Source: Candidatus Hydrogenedens sp. (GTDB lineage Bacteria > Hydrogenedentota > Hydrogenedentia > Hydrogenedentales > Hydrogenedentaceae). Taken from it: a stretch of 64,000 nucleotides of DNA. The position numbers and the translations under genes are program-made. The notes beneath the pieces were generated by a model that was not told where the DNA came from, ran no database searches, and worked only from the letters and a program-made list of their open reading frames with translations. Every line of letters starts with the position of its first letter. The stretch's first letter is position 1. Shown here in pieces: positions 1 through 10,249 of the stretch. The DNA is taken from contig JBMFRC010000008.1 of assembly GCA_049968235.1 (NCBI GenBank), positions 79,157-143,156 of the forward strand. Direction: 5' to 3'.

Positions 1-726
1 AATCTTGTTGTAATTGAAGATGCCTGTCATGCCTGGGGCGGAGCATGGAAAGGGAAAGGAGCAGGAACATTAGGGCTTGGAGGTGTATTTAGTTTCCAGA
101 TGTCTAAAAATATTACTGCAGGTGAAGGTGGAGCCATTGTTACTGATGATGAAAATTTTGCGGATATATGTCGTTCTATAAGCAATTGTGGTCGCTCAAA
201 AACGGGTCCCTGGTATTATCATGAACGAATTGGGACCAATGTGCGAATGAACGAGTTTACCGCAAATATCCTATTAGCACAGTTATCCCGAGCAGAAAAA
301 CAACTGCAAATTCGAGAAGCAAATGGTACTTATCTTACCCAGGCTTTAATGGATATACCCGGTATTTACCCCCAACCCTTAAGTAATCGCATTACACGAA
401 GGGCATATCATCTTATTTGTATTCGAATCAAAGAGGAAGAGTTTGGTTGTTCTCGAGAATTGTTTGTAAAAGCAGTACATGCGGAAGGATTACCTATAAC
501 ATCAGGTTATCCATATCCGATTTATAAACAGCCTGCATTCCAGAATGCTAACTTTTATGATTATTCACAAACATACTGTCCTATAACAGAAGATTTATGC
601 TATAAGAGTGGTACATGGTTACCCCATCATATTTTACTGGGGAAAGAAAAAGATATGGAAGACATTGTAAAAATTATCCGTAAAGTGCAGAAACATGCTC
701 CGGAATTAAAAAAATTGAATGCTTAA
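1..726 (+). CDS. DegT/DnrJ/EryC1/StrS-family PLP-dependent sugar aminotransferase; 5' end truncated by the window edge
   Basis: The frame is open from base 1 (NLVVIEDACHAWGGAWKGKGAGTLGLGGVFSFQMSKNITAGEGGAIVTDD...). This C-terminal half has the usual DegT family layout and ends at TAA 724-726. Confidence 0.8.
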   Translation, partial: NLVVIEDACHAWGGAWKGKGAGTLGLGGVFSFQMSKNITAGEGGAIVTDDENFADICRSISNCGRSKTGPWYYHERIGTNVRMNEFTANILLAQLSRAEKQLQIREANGTYLTQALMDIPGIYPQPLSNRITRRAYHLICIRIKEEEFGCSRELFVKAVHAEGLPITSGYPYPIYKQPAFQNANFYDYSQTYCPITEDLCYKSGTWLPHHILLGKEKDMEDIVKIIRKVQKHAPELKKLNA

Positions 727-865
727 AATGCCTATCGAACAATTCAGACCTGTCTGATATATTTGACTCGTCAGACTCGTCTGATTTGTTCGACTCATCA
801 TAATTACAAGGAGAGGTCCTATTACGAAGCAATCTTTCTGGATATTATTAATTCTTTTCTTAGGA

Positions 866-3800
866 TTGGGGTTAAGAGTCCTTTACCTTTCCGATGCAAT
901 AAAAAATCCGGATTTTTCAGCACCCCTACACGATGCGGAATTTAAAGATTACTGGGCAAGGGCTATCTTATCCGGTAATTATACACCTCCACGGAATGAA
1001 GGTAATCCATTTATGGAAGGTCATCCCCTTCCCAATCCACCGGGCTATCCCTTATTCCTTGCATTGATTTATTGGTTAACAGAAGGTAGTTATCTCGCCG
1101 TGCGATGGGTTCAAATTTGTATTGGACTTCTTAATATATTCCTTGTGTATCTATTAGGCAAAAACCTCTTTGATTATAAAGCCGGGCTTTTTTCTGCATT
1201 AGGAGTGGCTACCTACTGGGCGTTTGTCCACTATGATATGGAACTTAATCAGGTTACCATCTTTATAACCATAAATTTATTATGTTTCAATTTACTTCTA
1301 CAGGCATATAAAAAAAATAAATTAGGACTACTTTCCTTAGCAGGTCTTATATTCGGGATGGGGGCATGGTTCCGTGGCGAAGTGTTTATTCTCATTTTCC
1401 CGCTAACAATATTTGTTATGTTCCTTTTTTTTCATCCGGGACGGCTAAAAACTGTTTTTTACACAGGATTGTTATTCTTAGTTTCTGCACTACTATCTGT
1501 GCTTCCATTATCTTTATACAATTACTATCTTTGTGGTTCGTTTACTTCAGGCTCACATAATAGCGAATGTAGTATCTCCATCGCTTTTCACCCGGACACA
1601 CCCGAATACGGTTCATATACACCGGAGATGCTTCGATGGCTCAATAAAACGCCTGAGGATACGGTGGAAATATTTGATCTGGACGGAATGACCCTTGGCT
1701 TAGGAAAACAATTAGGATTGGAACGAAGAGCAACTTATAAGGAATGGAAAAATTATCTTATCTCCGGTGCTATACATAATATAAAAACATATCCATGGCT
1801 CAATCTTAAAAAATGCTTAAAACGATTTTTATGGACTTTTTCCCCACAAGAATTGGATGAAAATAAAGTGATTTATTATGAGCGAGAAGTTTCAACAGTA
1901 CTAAAATACTTACCTCGTTTTCCTCTCGCAATGAGTTTATTCACTTTAAGCCTTATTTTACTCGTTATCTCCTTGTCATCAAAAGGGGCTATACCGATAA
2001 AAATAAGCACTTGCTCCTGGAAATTCATATTCGTCTTGTTATTTTTTGTTGCAACAAATATCAGCATTTTTTCGCTTTTGATAGCAGGAAGTCGATATCG
2101 TATATCCCTTCTCCCCTATTTTTTTATTTTTGGTGGTATTGTTTTTTCGTCATTATGGGAAACGGTCTCGAACAAAAGATGGAATTGGGCTACTTTGATT
2201 ATTTTTGGTTTCCTTATTCTTTTTTCGTTAGCCCATGTTCCATTTTTCGATTACCAGCCCAACCGCTCCCGATGGTTAGATGAACGGCGAAAATGTTATC
2301 AGAGAATTGGAAAGATAGCGGAAGGAGTACAATTCTTTGAAAAATGGTTAGAAAAACATTCAGACGCAGATGCTCATTATCACGCGGGGGTCCTTTGTTA
2401 TGAACTCAATGAACTAACAAAGGCAGAAGAACATTTTTATACTTGTCTCAAATTATCACCTGACCATCCATCCGCTCCTTATAATTTAGGTTTGATTTTT
2501 GCAAAAAGAGGTGATTGGGCAAAAGCAGGAAAATATTTTGAGGAAGCCGTAAAAAGAAATCCGAGCAAAGCGGATATGTGGTTCGCATTAGGTTGGGCAA
2601 CTGAAAACAGTGGTGATTTATCTACTGCATTAGAGCATTACACACATGCATTGAATATAAATCCACACCATACTCAGGCATTAAATCATAGTGCCGTAAT
2701 TATGTTTCAAAAAGGGGAAGGAAAAACTGCAAAACAACATCTTGAACAGGCAATTCGCATTGACCCTAACTATGTAGATGCACGATTTAATTTGGGTCAA
2801 ATTCTCTTAGCGGAACGGAAACCTGCAGATGCCTTGAAGCAATTCATGACTGTTAAAGGGAAGTATCAACCGGAACATGAATTATTAAAATGTATAGGAT
2901 TATGTTATGTCCAGATGCTTGATTATAAGGAGGCACTAAATTATCTCTTAAAAGCAAAGGGAATGAACCCCGAGAAATGGGATGCAGAAGATAGTCTTGC
3001 TGTCTGTTACGCAGGATTAGGCATGCGAGAAGAATGTATACGAACAATTGAAATATTAGAGGATAAATTATCTAATTCAATACAGGTTTTTAATTTGGGG
3101 CATGCATGGGAATTACTGGGAGAATGGGATAAAGCAGAAACTTATTATAAAACTGTTATTGAAAAAGATAAAAACAATGCAGATACATACGCAGGATTGG
3201 GAAATATTTCTTTAATTCGTGGGGACAAAAACTCCGCTTACATGTATTTCAAACAGGCATTGGAAATTAACCCACATCAAGTTGGGGCATGGTTCAATTT
3301 AATTTTATCATGGGTAGAAAATCGAGAATGGGAAAAAGCAAAAACACAGTTAATAGAGTTTATAAATTATTATCCCGAACATATAGAGGCATACTATAAT
3401 TTAGGGATTGTAAATGAAGCCTTAGGCAATATTGAGGATGCAAAAAAGTCGTATGAAAAAGTGTTAGAAAAGAAATCAGACCATTCAGGGGCTTTATTCT
3501 CCCGCGCTACTATTGCTTTATCGGAAATGGATTTAGAAAATGCAAAAGAACTATTTGAGAAACTTAAGCCTATTGAACCGTTTAAATCTTTATATCATTT
3601 AGGAATTGTTTATTCATTAAAGGAGGATTGGAACAATGCACATGATTGTTTCTTAAATTCTTTTTTTATAAATCCTCAACCCTTTTATAATGATTATATA
3701 TATGCGTTTAATATCGGTAGAAGTTATGACCATCTTGACTGCTTATATGAGGCGGAGAAATTCTACCGTATTTCTTTTGAATTGAATAATAATTTCGTAG

Positions 3801-4858
3801 ATGCGAAAGATGCCCTCTCTTTTCTTCTTTTTCAACAAGGAAATACAGAAGAAGCATATTTTTTGTTAAATTCTATATTCTTATATCAAAAACCTACGAA
3901 CTGGTCATATTACCACTACTCCCTTGTCTGGGAACACATGAATGAACCCTCAATAGCGTTAAGTTTTGCAGAACAAGCCAATGCGATAATGCCGAATCAG
4001 TCGCCAATCCTTCATCAATTAGGGGGATTATATCGCAAATTGAAAAATTATAATCTCGCCGAACAATATTTAGAGCAGGCAATGACACTTAACCCTCATG
4101 ACGCAACAATTACAAAAACATTAGCCTTTTTACATTCCGACCTTGAGCGGTATAAAGAAGCAAAAGAATTGTTCATAACTTGCACAAATTTGCTTCCTGA
4201 CGACCCGGAGGTGTATGAAGGACTTGCTGATGTCTATATAAAGACCGGCGAATTAAAAAAGGCAGAAGAAAACTATCGCAAAGCATTAGCAATCAAGGAT
4301 ACCCCCACAGTAATTAACAAGTTAGGATTATTACTTGCTGATTTAAATAAAATCTTTGAGAGTGTTGGACTATTGGAAATAGCCGTTAAATACTTTCCGA
4401 ATGATGCCATCACACTTACACGACTTGCTGACTTGAAAGTGATTTTACACTCCGATATAGAAGCAAAAACACTTTATGAACGGGCATTGGCAATAGATAC
4501 TCAAAATTATCTAACTCATAGAAACTATGCAGATTTGTTAGTCCGTTCCGGTGAATATGAACTTGCCGAAAAACATTACAAACTTGCCATAGAACTTCAC
4601 CCCAAAGACCCAGTTGCACAAGCAGGACTGGGATTACTATATGCTCGTATAAATAAATATGAGGAAGCCAAAAAATATTTGATACCTCTGGCACAAGTGA
4701 AGACAGATTTACTTAATGTAAACCAACAACTGACTCAGATATTCCTTTCAGAAAATCAACCTGAAAAAGCCATTAAATACATCAAACGATGTATACTGGC
4801 ACAACCAGACCGAAAAGAATTCCGTGAACTTCTTCAACAGGCTACTCAGATGCGGTAA
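866..4858 (+). CDS. membrane GT-C-fold glycosyltransferase (GT39/PMT_2/ArnT-like) fused to a long TPR-repeat domain, 1330 aa
   Basis: The N-terminal ~480 aa are polytopic membrane protein with ArnT/PMT-like hydrophobic blocks. The remainder is more than 20 TPR-like repeats with recurring A..Y.....LG....G...A motifs. The start is uncertain: the ORF begins at TTG 866 and there is no upstream in-frame ATG before a stop at 782. Confidence 0.7.
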   Translation: MGLRVLYLSDAIKNPDFSAPLHDAEFKDYWARAILSGNYTPPRNEGNPFMEGHPLPNPPGYPLFLALIYWLTEGSYLAVRWVQICIGLLNIFLVYLLGKNLFDYKAGLFSALGVATYWAFVHYDMELNQVTIFITINLLCFNLLLQAYKKNKLGLLSLAGLIFGMGAWFRGEVFILIFPLTIFVMFLFFHPGRLKTVFYTGLLFLVSALLSVLPLSLYNYYLCGSFTSGSHNSECSISIAFHPDTPEYGSYTPEMLRWLNKTPEDTVEIFDLDGMTLGLGKQLGLERRATYKEWKNYLISGAIHNIKTYPWLNLKKCLKRFLWTFSPQELDENKVIYYEREVSTVLKYLPRFPLAMSLFTLSLILLVISLSSKGAIPIKISTCSWKFIFVLLFFVATNISIFSLLIAGSRYRISLLPYFFIFGGIVFSSLWETVSNKRWNWATLIIFGFLILFSLAHVPFFDYQPNRSRWLDERRKCYQRIGKIAEGVQFFEKWLEKHSDADAHYHAGVLCYELNELTKAEEHFYTCLKLSPDHPSAPYNLGLIFAKRGDWAKAGKYFEEAVKRNPSKADMWFALGWATENSGDLSTALEHYTHALNINPHHTQALNHSAVIMFQKGEGKTAKQHLEQAIRIDPNYVDARFNLGQILLAERKPADALKQFMTVKGKYQPEHELLKCIGLCYVQMLDYKEALNYLLKAKGMNPEKWDAEDSLAVCYAGLGMREECIRTIEILEDKLSNSIQVFNLGHAWELLGEWDKAETYYKTVIEKDKNNADTYAGLGNISLIRGDKNSAYMYFKQALEINPHQVGAWFNLILSWVENREWEKAKTQLIEFINYYPEHIEAYYNLGIVNEALGNIEDAKKSYEKVLEKKSDHSGALFSRATIALSEMDLENAKELFEKLKPIEPFKSLYHLGIVYSLKEDWNNAHDCFLNSFFINPQPFYNDYIYAFNIGRSYDHLDCLYEAEKFYRISFELNNNFVDAKDALSFLLFQQGNTEEAYFLLNSIFLYQKPTNWSYYHYSLVWEHMNEPSIALSFAEQANAIMPNQSPILHQLGGLYRKLKNYNLAEQYLEQAMTLNPHDATITKTLAFLHSDLERYKEAKELFITCTNLLPDDPEVYEGLADVYIKTGELKKAEENYRKALAIKDTPTVINKLGLLLADLNKIFESVGLLEIAVKYFPNDAITLTRLADLKVILHSDIEAKTLYERALAIDTQNYLTHRNYADLLVRSGEYELAEKHYKLAIELHPKDPVAQAGLGLLYARINKYEEAKKYLIPLAQVKTDLLNVNQQLTQIFLSENQPEKAIKYIKRCILAQPDRKEFRELLQQATQMR

Positions 4859-6422
4859 CAGTTTTCGGATGGCTTAAAACCCGCTCCAGATAAGGAATCA
4901 GAGTATCCGCCATAATTTTTGCTTTCAGTTTTACCCCTTCCTGACGCATGTGACAAATATCACCGAAATATTTTGTGCCCGCAGGCATATTCTCCGCAAC
5001 CGGAATATAAAGGAGCCCATTATTCTCACAATAATCTCGCAATTGTTGATTAAATCTCTTCATAACATCGGAATATTGCTGAAAAGAGGAATTCGCCCAG
5101 CCCCATTCCTTATCATAATAAAAATCATAATAATCACGTTCCTCCTTGTTTACTTTTTCACGGTAAGGGACACCAATACTGGAAATACACATATCTATAC
5201 CCCTTGACAAAAAAGAATGAAGTATATAATCAATATATCTAAAAATGTATTGATTGATATATTCATCTATCTCTTCTTGCGGATATTGTAAAACTGACCT
5301 TATTTGTCTTCGCATAAATAGAGAGAAAAGTAATGCAATACGTGTTATTACCCGTTTACTATCAAAAGCATGGGAAAATACTTCGTAAACTACATCGTTA
5401 ATTCCTTCATATAAAATCACCATGTCAGGTTGAAAATATAAATAATCCGGTAATTTCGCACAATGCTTCTTTAAAACCATACCAGAAATACCACAATTAA
5501 AGACTTCAATACGATTTTCTCCGAAATGTTTTTTCAATTCTTGCTCTAAGAATTTTGGATAGGTCTCTTGATTAGAAATACCCTCTTCCGTAGTAGACGC
5601 ACCAATACACAGGATGCGGAAAACTCCTTCGGGTTTCGGAACCTTAAAATCTTTATCTCTATAACCAAAATTATTGATTCGAAATGCCATCTCTGTAGAG
5701 TTCCGATGAGGCATATAGGAGAAATAATTTATGTCCCATAAGTCATTCACAGATAACTTTCCTACCCATGGATTGATAGAATCATTTTTCCCTCTATACG
5801 GTAGAGCAAACACATAGAAAGAGTAATTTTCAAGATTTTCGCGTAAAGGGTAGAAAAAAAATTTATATGGTTTTTCCTGCATCGTCTCATGCCATAAAAA
5901 AGCCCTATATGATTGAAACATATCCTTCGGAATTGTCTTTATAATTTCTTGATATATCAACAGATTGTCATTAATCCCAAAAGCCTTATCTGTGGGAGAA
6001 CACGTTATATCAAAACTTTTTTTATTAATGTTGAGTTTGAACTGCTTTATGTCATAAATAGTTCGGAAAGCCTCCTGAAAAGTTTCATCCTCATCAAAAT
6101 AGAAGTTAAAACGATAACTCCACATTTCTAATGGGTCGGGCTCTGGCAGACACCATTCATCGCCAACATATAATTGTTGCAGAGAAAACAAATTTTTCCC
6201 CTCCCCATAATGAACTCCTTCTTCTTTACCCTCGTCCCATTCCTTTATTAACAATTCACCACGACGGATACGAACAAATTTGTTTGTCTTTTCGATATAT
6301 TTCCACCTTAATCGTTCAAATAATTCTAGAGATAAACAGATGACAATAAACCAGAATAAAATGAAAAAACAATAACCCAAGATATAAACAAATCTCTTCG
6401 TTTTTTTGTGCTTCAACTCCAT
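4842..6422 (-). CDS. SGNH/GDSL-family hydrolase-like protein with N-terminal TM anchor
   Basis: Block I FRILCIGASTTEEG, block II NCGISGMV, block III EGINDVVY, block V GDICHMRQEG; the catalytic Ser/Asp/His are present. There is a single N-terminal hydrophobic helix. It is a paralog of 6422..7900. Confidence 0.6.
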   Translation of the reverse strand: MELKHKKTKRFVYILGYCFFILFWFIVICLSLELFERLRWKYIEKTNKFVRIRRGELLIKEWDEGKEEGVHYGEGKNLFSLQQLYVGDEWCLPEPDPLEMWSYRFNFYFDEDETFQEAFRTIYDIKQFKLNINKKSFDITCSPTDKAFGINDNLLIYQEIIKTIPKDMFQSYRAFLWHETMQEKPYKFFFYPLRENLENYSFYVFALPYRGKNDSINPWVGKLSVNDLWDINYFSYMPHRNSTEMAFRINNFGYRDKDFKVPKPEGVFRILCIGASTTEEGISNQETYPKFLEQELKKHFGENRIEVFNCGISGMVLKKHCAKLPDYLYFQPDMVILYEGINDVVYEVFSHAFDSKRVITRIALLFSLFMRRQIRSVLQYPQEEIDEYINQYIFRYIDYILHSFLSRGIDMCISSIGVPYREKVNKEERDYYDFYYDKEWGWANSSFQQYSDVMKRFNQQLRDYCENNGLLYIPVAENMPAGTKYFGDICHMRQEGVKLKAKIMADTLIPYLERVLSHPKTVTASE

Positions 6423-7900
6423 TAACTTTTTCCTGATTGTGCTTTAATATATTTCACCAAATATGGTGTCGCTAATTCTGATTTTTTTCGAATTCCTTGT
6501 AATTTTTGATGACATAAATCATTAAAATAGGATGGGGATTCGTTCTGAAACATTTCATACATCGGGATATATAGAACATTCTCATTATTAAACTTTTTGC
6601 TTAACAGTCTATTATATACATCCAGAACATGGCTATACATACGATAGTTTACGAAATTACCTCCCCACCATCTTTTTGTAACAAACTGGAAATAATCTTT
6701 CTCCTGCCATGTCATCGAGGAATAATTGGGGGCTGGCATACTCATTACTGCAAACAATATACCTTTCTGCTGAAGATAATTGTTTATTTTTTCTATCTGG
6801 CTTAATATATCTTTATTAATATCACTTTGTATTTGTATGTCGTTGGGAAGAAAGAATAGGGGAAAAATATTCCGGCATAAATTTGAATGGATAAGTATTT
6901 TTTTTATTCCGTTCAGATGATTTAACCAGTAAGGCAGTAAAATGTGGGTTATATCATTTGCCCCTTCACAATAGAGAACAAGATTTGGTTCCATCAACAG
7001 ATAATCTGGTAATCTCAGCCATAATTTATGAGCAGAAATGCCCGGTATTCCAGCATTAATCACTTCAATTTTATATTGTTGCTGGAATTGTTCCAATAAA
7101 AGTTTTTCCATGATATTTGGATAGGTTTCTTGCTCTGTAGGACCCTCTTCTGTGGTCGAACCACCGATACATACAATTCGGAACACACCTAATGGTTTAG
7201 GAACTACCACATCCTCATCACGAAATCCAAAATTGTTCGTATGAAATTCATAAGAGTTCAATTGTGCATGTTTCTTATACTCAAAATAAGGTATTTCCCA
7301 GATTCCGTTTCTATCCTTTATATTTCGGGGATAATTATTATTACCTGCTTTATACCAGCATACCATGACCCCACGATTTTTCGTGTCCATTTTATAATAA
7401 ACAAAAAGGTCGGAAATACTTTCCTCACCTTTTGCAAAAGAATGATAATATTTTGAATAAACTTCCTGGCTTTGAATTGGTATTTCCTTCTCTAATATAT
7501 TTATCAGTTCTTCATCAAAGTAATTTTTCGTAGTGGGTTCAGGCAGGTATGTAATTATCTCTTTTTTATCCATATCTTTTACAAGGGTGGTTATTTGATA
7601 AAAAGAAGAAAACAATTGTCTGTCGGTTTCATCCAATTGTAAGAAAAACTTTGCCCGATTGGCATACCATTGAGACATATCAGGAGAGTGAAACTTTTCT
7701 ACAGATTGCAGTGGTTTTTGCGACACAACTTCACTGTGGCTCCATGGAGGTTTATCATTCAAAGAGGAGATGAGAGGATTCTTTTGTATAACAAGATATT
7801 CATATATACGCACTACACATTCAGCAACTGCAATTGCAACAATAATCCAGAGAAAAAAAATCAATATTTTACCGATACTTTTTACGAAATGATATTTCAT
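6422..7900 (-). CDS. SGNH/GDSL-family hydrolase-like protein, a paralog of the previous gene
   Basis: FRIVCIGGSTTEEG, NAGIPGISAH, CEGANDITH, NDLCHQKLQG. There is an N-terminal TM helix. The stop and start abut the neighbouring genes, which suggests operon organisation. Confidence 0.6.
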   Translation of the reverse strand: MKYHFVKSIGKILIFFLWIIVAIAVAECVVRIYEYLVIQKNPLISSLNDKPPWSHSEVVSQKPLQSVEKFHSPDMSQWYANRAKFFLQLDETDRQLFSSFYQITTLVKDMDKKEIITYLPEPTTKNYFDEELINILEKEIPIQSQEVYSKYYHSFAKGEESISDLFVYYKMDTKNRGVMVCWYKAGNNNYPRNIKDRNGIWEIPYFEYKKHAQLNSYEFHTNNFGFRDEDVVVPKPLGVFRIVCIGGSTTEEGPTEQETYPNIMEKLLLEQFQQQYKIEVINAGIPGISAHKLWLRLPDYLLMEPNLVLYCEGANDITHILLPYWLNHLNGIKKILIHSNLCRNIFPLFFLPNDIQIQSDINKDILSQIEKINNYLQQKGILFAVMSMPAPNYSSMTWQEKDYFQFVTKRWWGGNFVNYRMYSHVLDVYNRLLSKKFNNENVLYIPMYEMFQNESPSYFNDLCHQKLQGIRKKSELATPYLVKYIKAQSGKS

Positions 7901-10113
7901 TGAGGTGCCGGGAAGGTTTGCTGAGGGTTATTTTTCAGTCGCTCCAATTCCGTGGCAGGACGAAGGTCTGTGGGGTCAAGTTCTATCGCTTTCTGAAAAT
8001 ATTCAATTGCTTTCTCATGATTTCCTAACCCTAAATATGCCCTACCCATACAGGTATGAGCAAATGAATCATTGGGTAATAATTGAAATGCCTTTTCCAA
8101 CGCTGAAATAGCTGATTCATATTGCCCTCGATTAATGTGAATATCAGCAATATTAATCCAGTTCCATGGGTATTGTTCCGGTTTCAATTCAACAGCCTTT
8201 GTAAACGCTTCGATGGCAAGGTCCCATTCCTGTAATTCTTTATAGGACATTCCAAGATAGGAGTATGCCTGTGCATAACCGGGGTCAAGTTGAATCACAT
8301 GTTTGCAGGTATCAACTGCAGACCAATAATCGTTAACTCGCCAGAATTCCAGAGCCATAGCACATAAATCTTCTAATAAGGCTACCGATTTCTTGTTGTA
8401 CGTTTTCACAGAGTCCTGTAAAGAAAATATCTGGTGGTAAACAACCACTCGCTGAATGCCAGCAAATTCCTCTGCTTTGTAAATAATCCCTTTTTCCTTT
8501 AAATATTTTTCAAAATGATAAAGCGGTGCAGACTCAAAATAATCCCCCTGAACAACAATCCATAATTTTGCATTGGGTCTTCGTACTGGCAACAGTTTTG
8601 TAATCAGAAATTCAGCAATTTCGGCAGTATTCTCAAACTGCGAACCATAACAAACAACATTGGGCACAGGACCTAAATTGTATAGGAAAACACGCTTCCA
8701 TAATTCATTGTTTACAAGGATAATGTCTTCCGCTTTTGCATTATGCTTGATAAATACACCTGCATTCTTCCAATCGGTGTGTTGCGGTTTCCCGAGGATT
8801 AAACTACCCTGGTACAAATACAAAAGTAGAAATGCGGTAAAGAGCAGTCGTTTTACCCATTTCTTACTTTCCACGCTATTAATAGTATAGCCAATAATCA
8901 GATACAGGGCAATCGAACTATGGAGAGTATATCTTGGCATAATACAGGGTCGCCATAAGTGCGAAATAAAGTATAAAAATAAAGGAGGAAATAGCCACCA
9001 GATACAATAGAGCAGGATAAAAGAATTATTTGTTTTTCCAATATTATTCGACTTTAATTCCTTATTATCTTTTTCCCTGAAAAAATAAGTCCAGATAGCC
9101 CCGACAAGGCAAAAGACATATAAAACTGCCATTACCCCCCCTATAAAATATTGCTGTGATACAATAATCCGTGCAGTTTCTTTGCTAAAAAAATGCATCC
9201 AGAAATCGGGTTCCGCACGAAGTTGGTAAGTCCAACCAATACAATCATCGGCAACAAGGTCGCCTATAAATTCACGGAGTGTCGGTATCTTCATCCAGGA
9301 AGAGGTCATATCCGGCGACCAAAAATTAATAGTTAGAATATACAACACAGAAGGTAGTGAAATAAGGAACAGAGGAATAGCCCATTTCATCAGAAAAAGG
9401 ATTTCTTCCCTCAAATAATCTTTATAAAACCACTCATTCGGTCTCCCATTGCGGTATCTCCAGGCACGAATGAGCAATCGGTCTACCAGTAAATATACCC
9501 CCTGAACCATAACAACCAGAGTCGCAAAGGGATGTGTCCAGAGAAGGAGAAATGTGATGATAAGGTAATAGATAAATGTTCTTCGTCTCTGTTCGCGATA
9601 CCAATATATAAAAAAAAGCATGGACAGAATAGATAGGAGGGTGAACAAACTATACATTCGTATCTCCTGTGAAAACTGCCGATGTATAGGCGACAGAGCC
9701 ACGAGAAGACAGGCAATAAGCCCCGTAGAAGCATTAAAACTTATATTTCCTAAAATGTATGTGCTATAAATAACCGTCAATCCAATAAAGACCGAAAGAA
9801 GACGGAGAGAATAATATGATTCATCAATATAGGTATGCCAAAAATATTCAATAGAATAATATAAAGGCATGGTAGCAGGGTCCATAGAGCGATTCTTTAT
9901 CAAGAAATGCAGGATATTCATTGAAGGTTCATAATGAACACCCTGAGCCCAACGCGTAAAATTCGGCGAAGATTCATACTCAGCCAGCGGTTTCAGGTGA
10001 ACAACACTACTAAATTCGTCCCACCATATAGATTCGTAACTTAAACCTACAGAACGATATAAATAACCTGCAAGTAAAATTAAAAATAAATATAGAAATA
10101 CTTTTGAATTCAT
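7897..10113 (-). CDS. membrane GT-C-fold glycosyltransferase (ArnT/PMT-like) with C-terminal TPR repeats, 738 aa
   Basis: The N-terminal ~520 aa are multi-TM with ArnT/PMT-like loops. The C-terminal ~200 aa carry TPR repeats (…YAQAYSYLGMSYKELQEWDLAIEAFTKAVELKP…). Confidence 0.7.
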   Translation of the reverse strand: MNSKVFLYLFLILLAGYLYRSVGLSYESIWWDEFSSVVHLKPLAEYESSPNFTRWAQGVHYEPSMNILHFLIKNRSMDPATMPLYYSIEYFWHTYIDESYYSLRLLSVFIGLTVIYSTYILGNISFNASTGLIACLLVALSPIHRQFSQEIRMYSLFTLLSILSMLFFIYWYREQRRRTFIYYLIITFLLLWTHPFATLVVMVQGVYLLVDRLLIRAWRYRNGRPNEWFYKDYLREEILFLMKWAIPLFLISLPSVLYILTINFWSPDMTSSWMKIPTLREFIGDLVADDCIGWTYQLRAEPDFWMHFFSKETARIIVSQQYFIGGVMAVLYVFCLVGAIWTYFFREKDNKELKSNNIGKTNNSFILLYCIWWLFPPLFLYFISHLWRPCIMPRYTLHSSIALYLIIGYTINSVESKKWVKRLLFTAFLLLYLYQGSLILGKPQHTDWKNAGVFIKHNAKAEDIILVNNELWKRVFLYNLGPVPNVVCYGSQFENTAEIAEFLITKLLPVRRPNAKLWIVVQGDYFESAPLYHFEKYLKEKGIIYKAEEFAGIQRVVVYHQIFSLQDSVKTYNKKSVALLEDLCAMALEFWRVNDYWSAVDTCKHVIQLDPGYAQAYSYLGMSYKELQEWDLAIEAFTKAVELKPEQYPWNWINIADIHINRGQYESAISALEKAFQLLPNDSFAHTCMGRAYLGLGNHEKAIEYFQKAIELDPTDLRPATELERLKNNPQQTFPAPQ

Positions 10114-10249
10114 ACCTAAGTTTTCGTTATCGCTTTATAGCCAAATCTTTTTATACCTCAAATTATTTATAATAACATATCATAATAAGGATTGAATATT
10201 TGATGAACGCATAATAGATGCTTTTTAATTAAACCTATGGAGTACGCCG

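Noticed and set aside
740-800. Short direct repeats (gactcgtc-(a/t)ga reiterated three times), considered as a possible CRISPR or regulatory repeat
   Set aside because: There are only three copies of 8-11 nt with no spacers of regular length. This is probably a chance or minor promoter-region repeat. No cas genes are present.
866-870. Unusual start for the 1330-aa GT-C/TPR gene (TTG at 866; an in-frame ATT at 821 sits 6 nt after an AGGAGA Shine-Dalgarno)
   Set aside because: This cannot be resolved from sequence alone. TTG at 866 or a downstream ATG are both plausible. It is mentioned only as an annotation caveat.
1366-1560. Numerous 60-150-aa ORFs nested inside or antisense to large genes (for example 1366..1560, 10671..11126, 17552..17962, 35989..36321, 43337..43741, 43867..44334)
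   Set aside because: They overlap well-supported longer genes in other frames. They have no RBS or conserved motifs and their composition is typical of antisense frames. I treat them as spurious.
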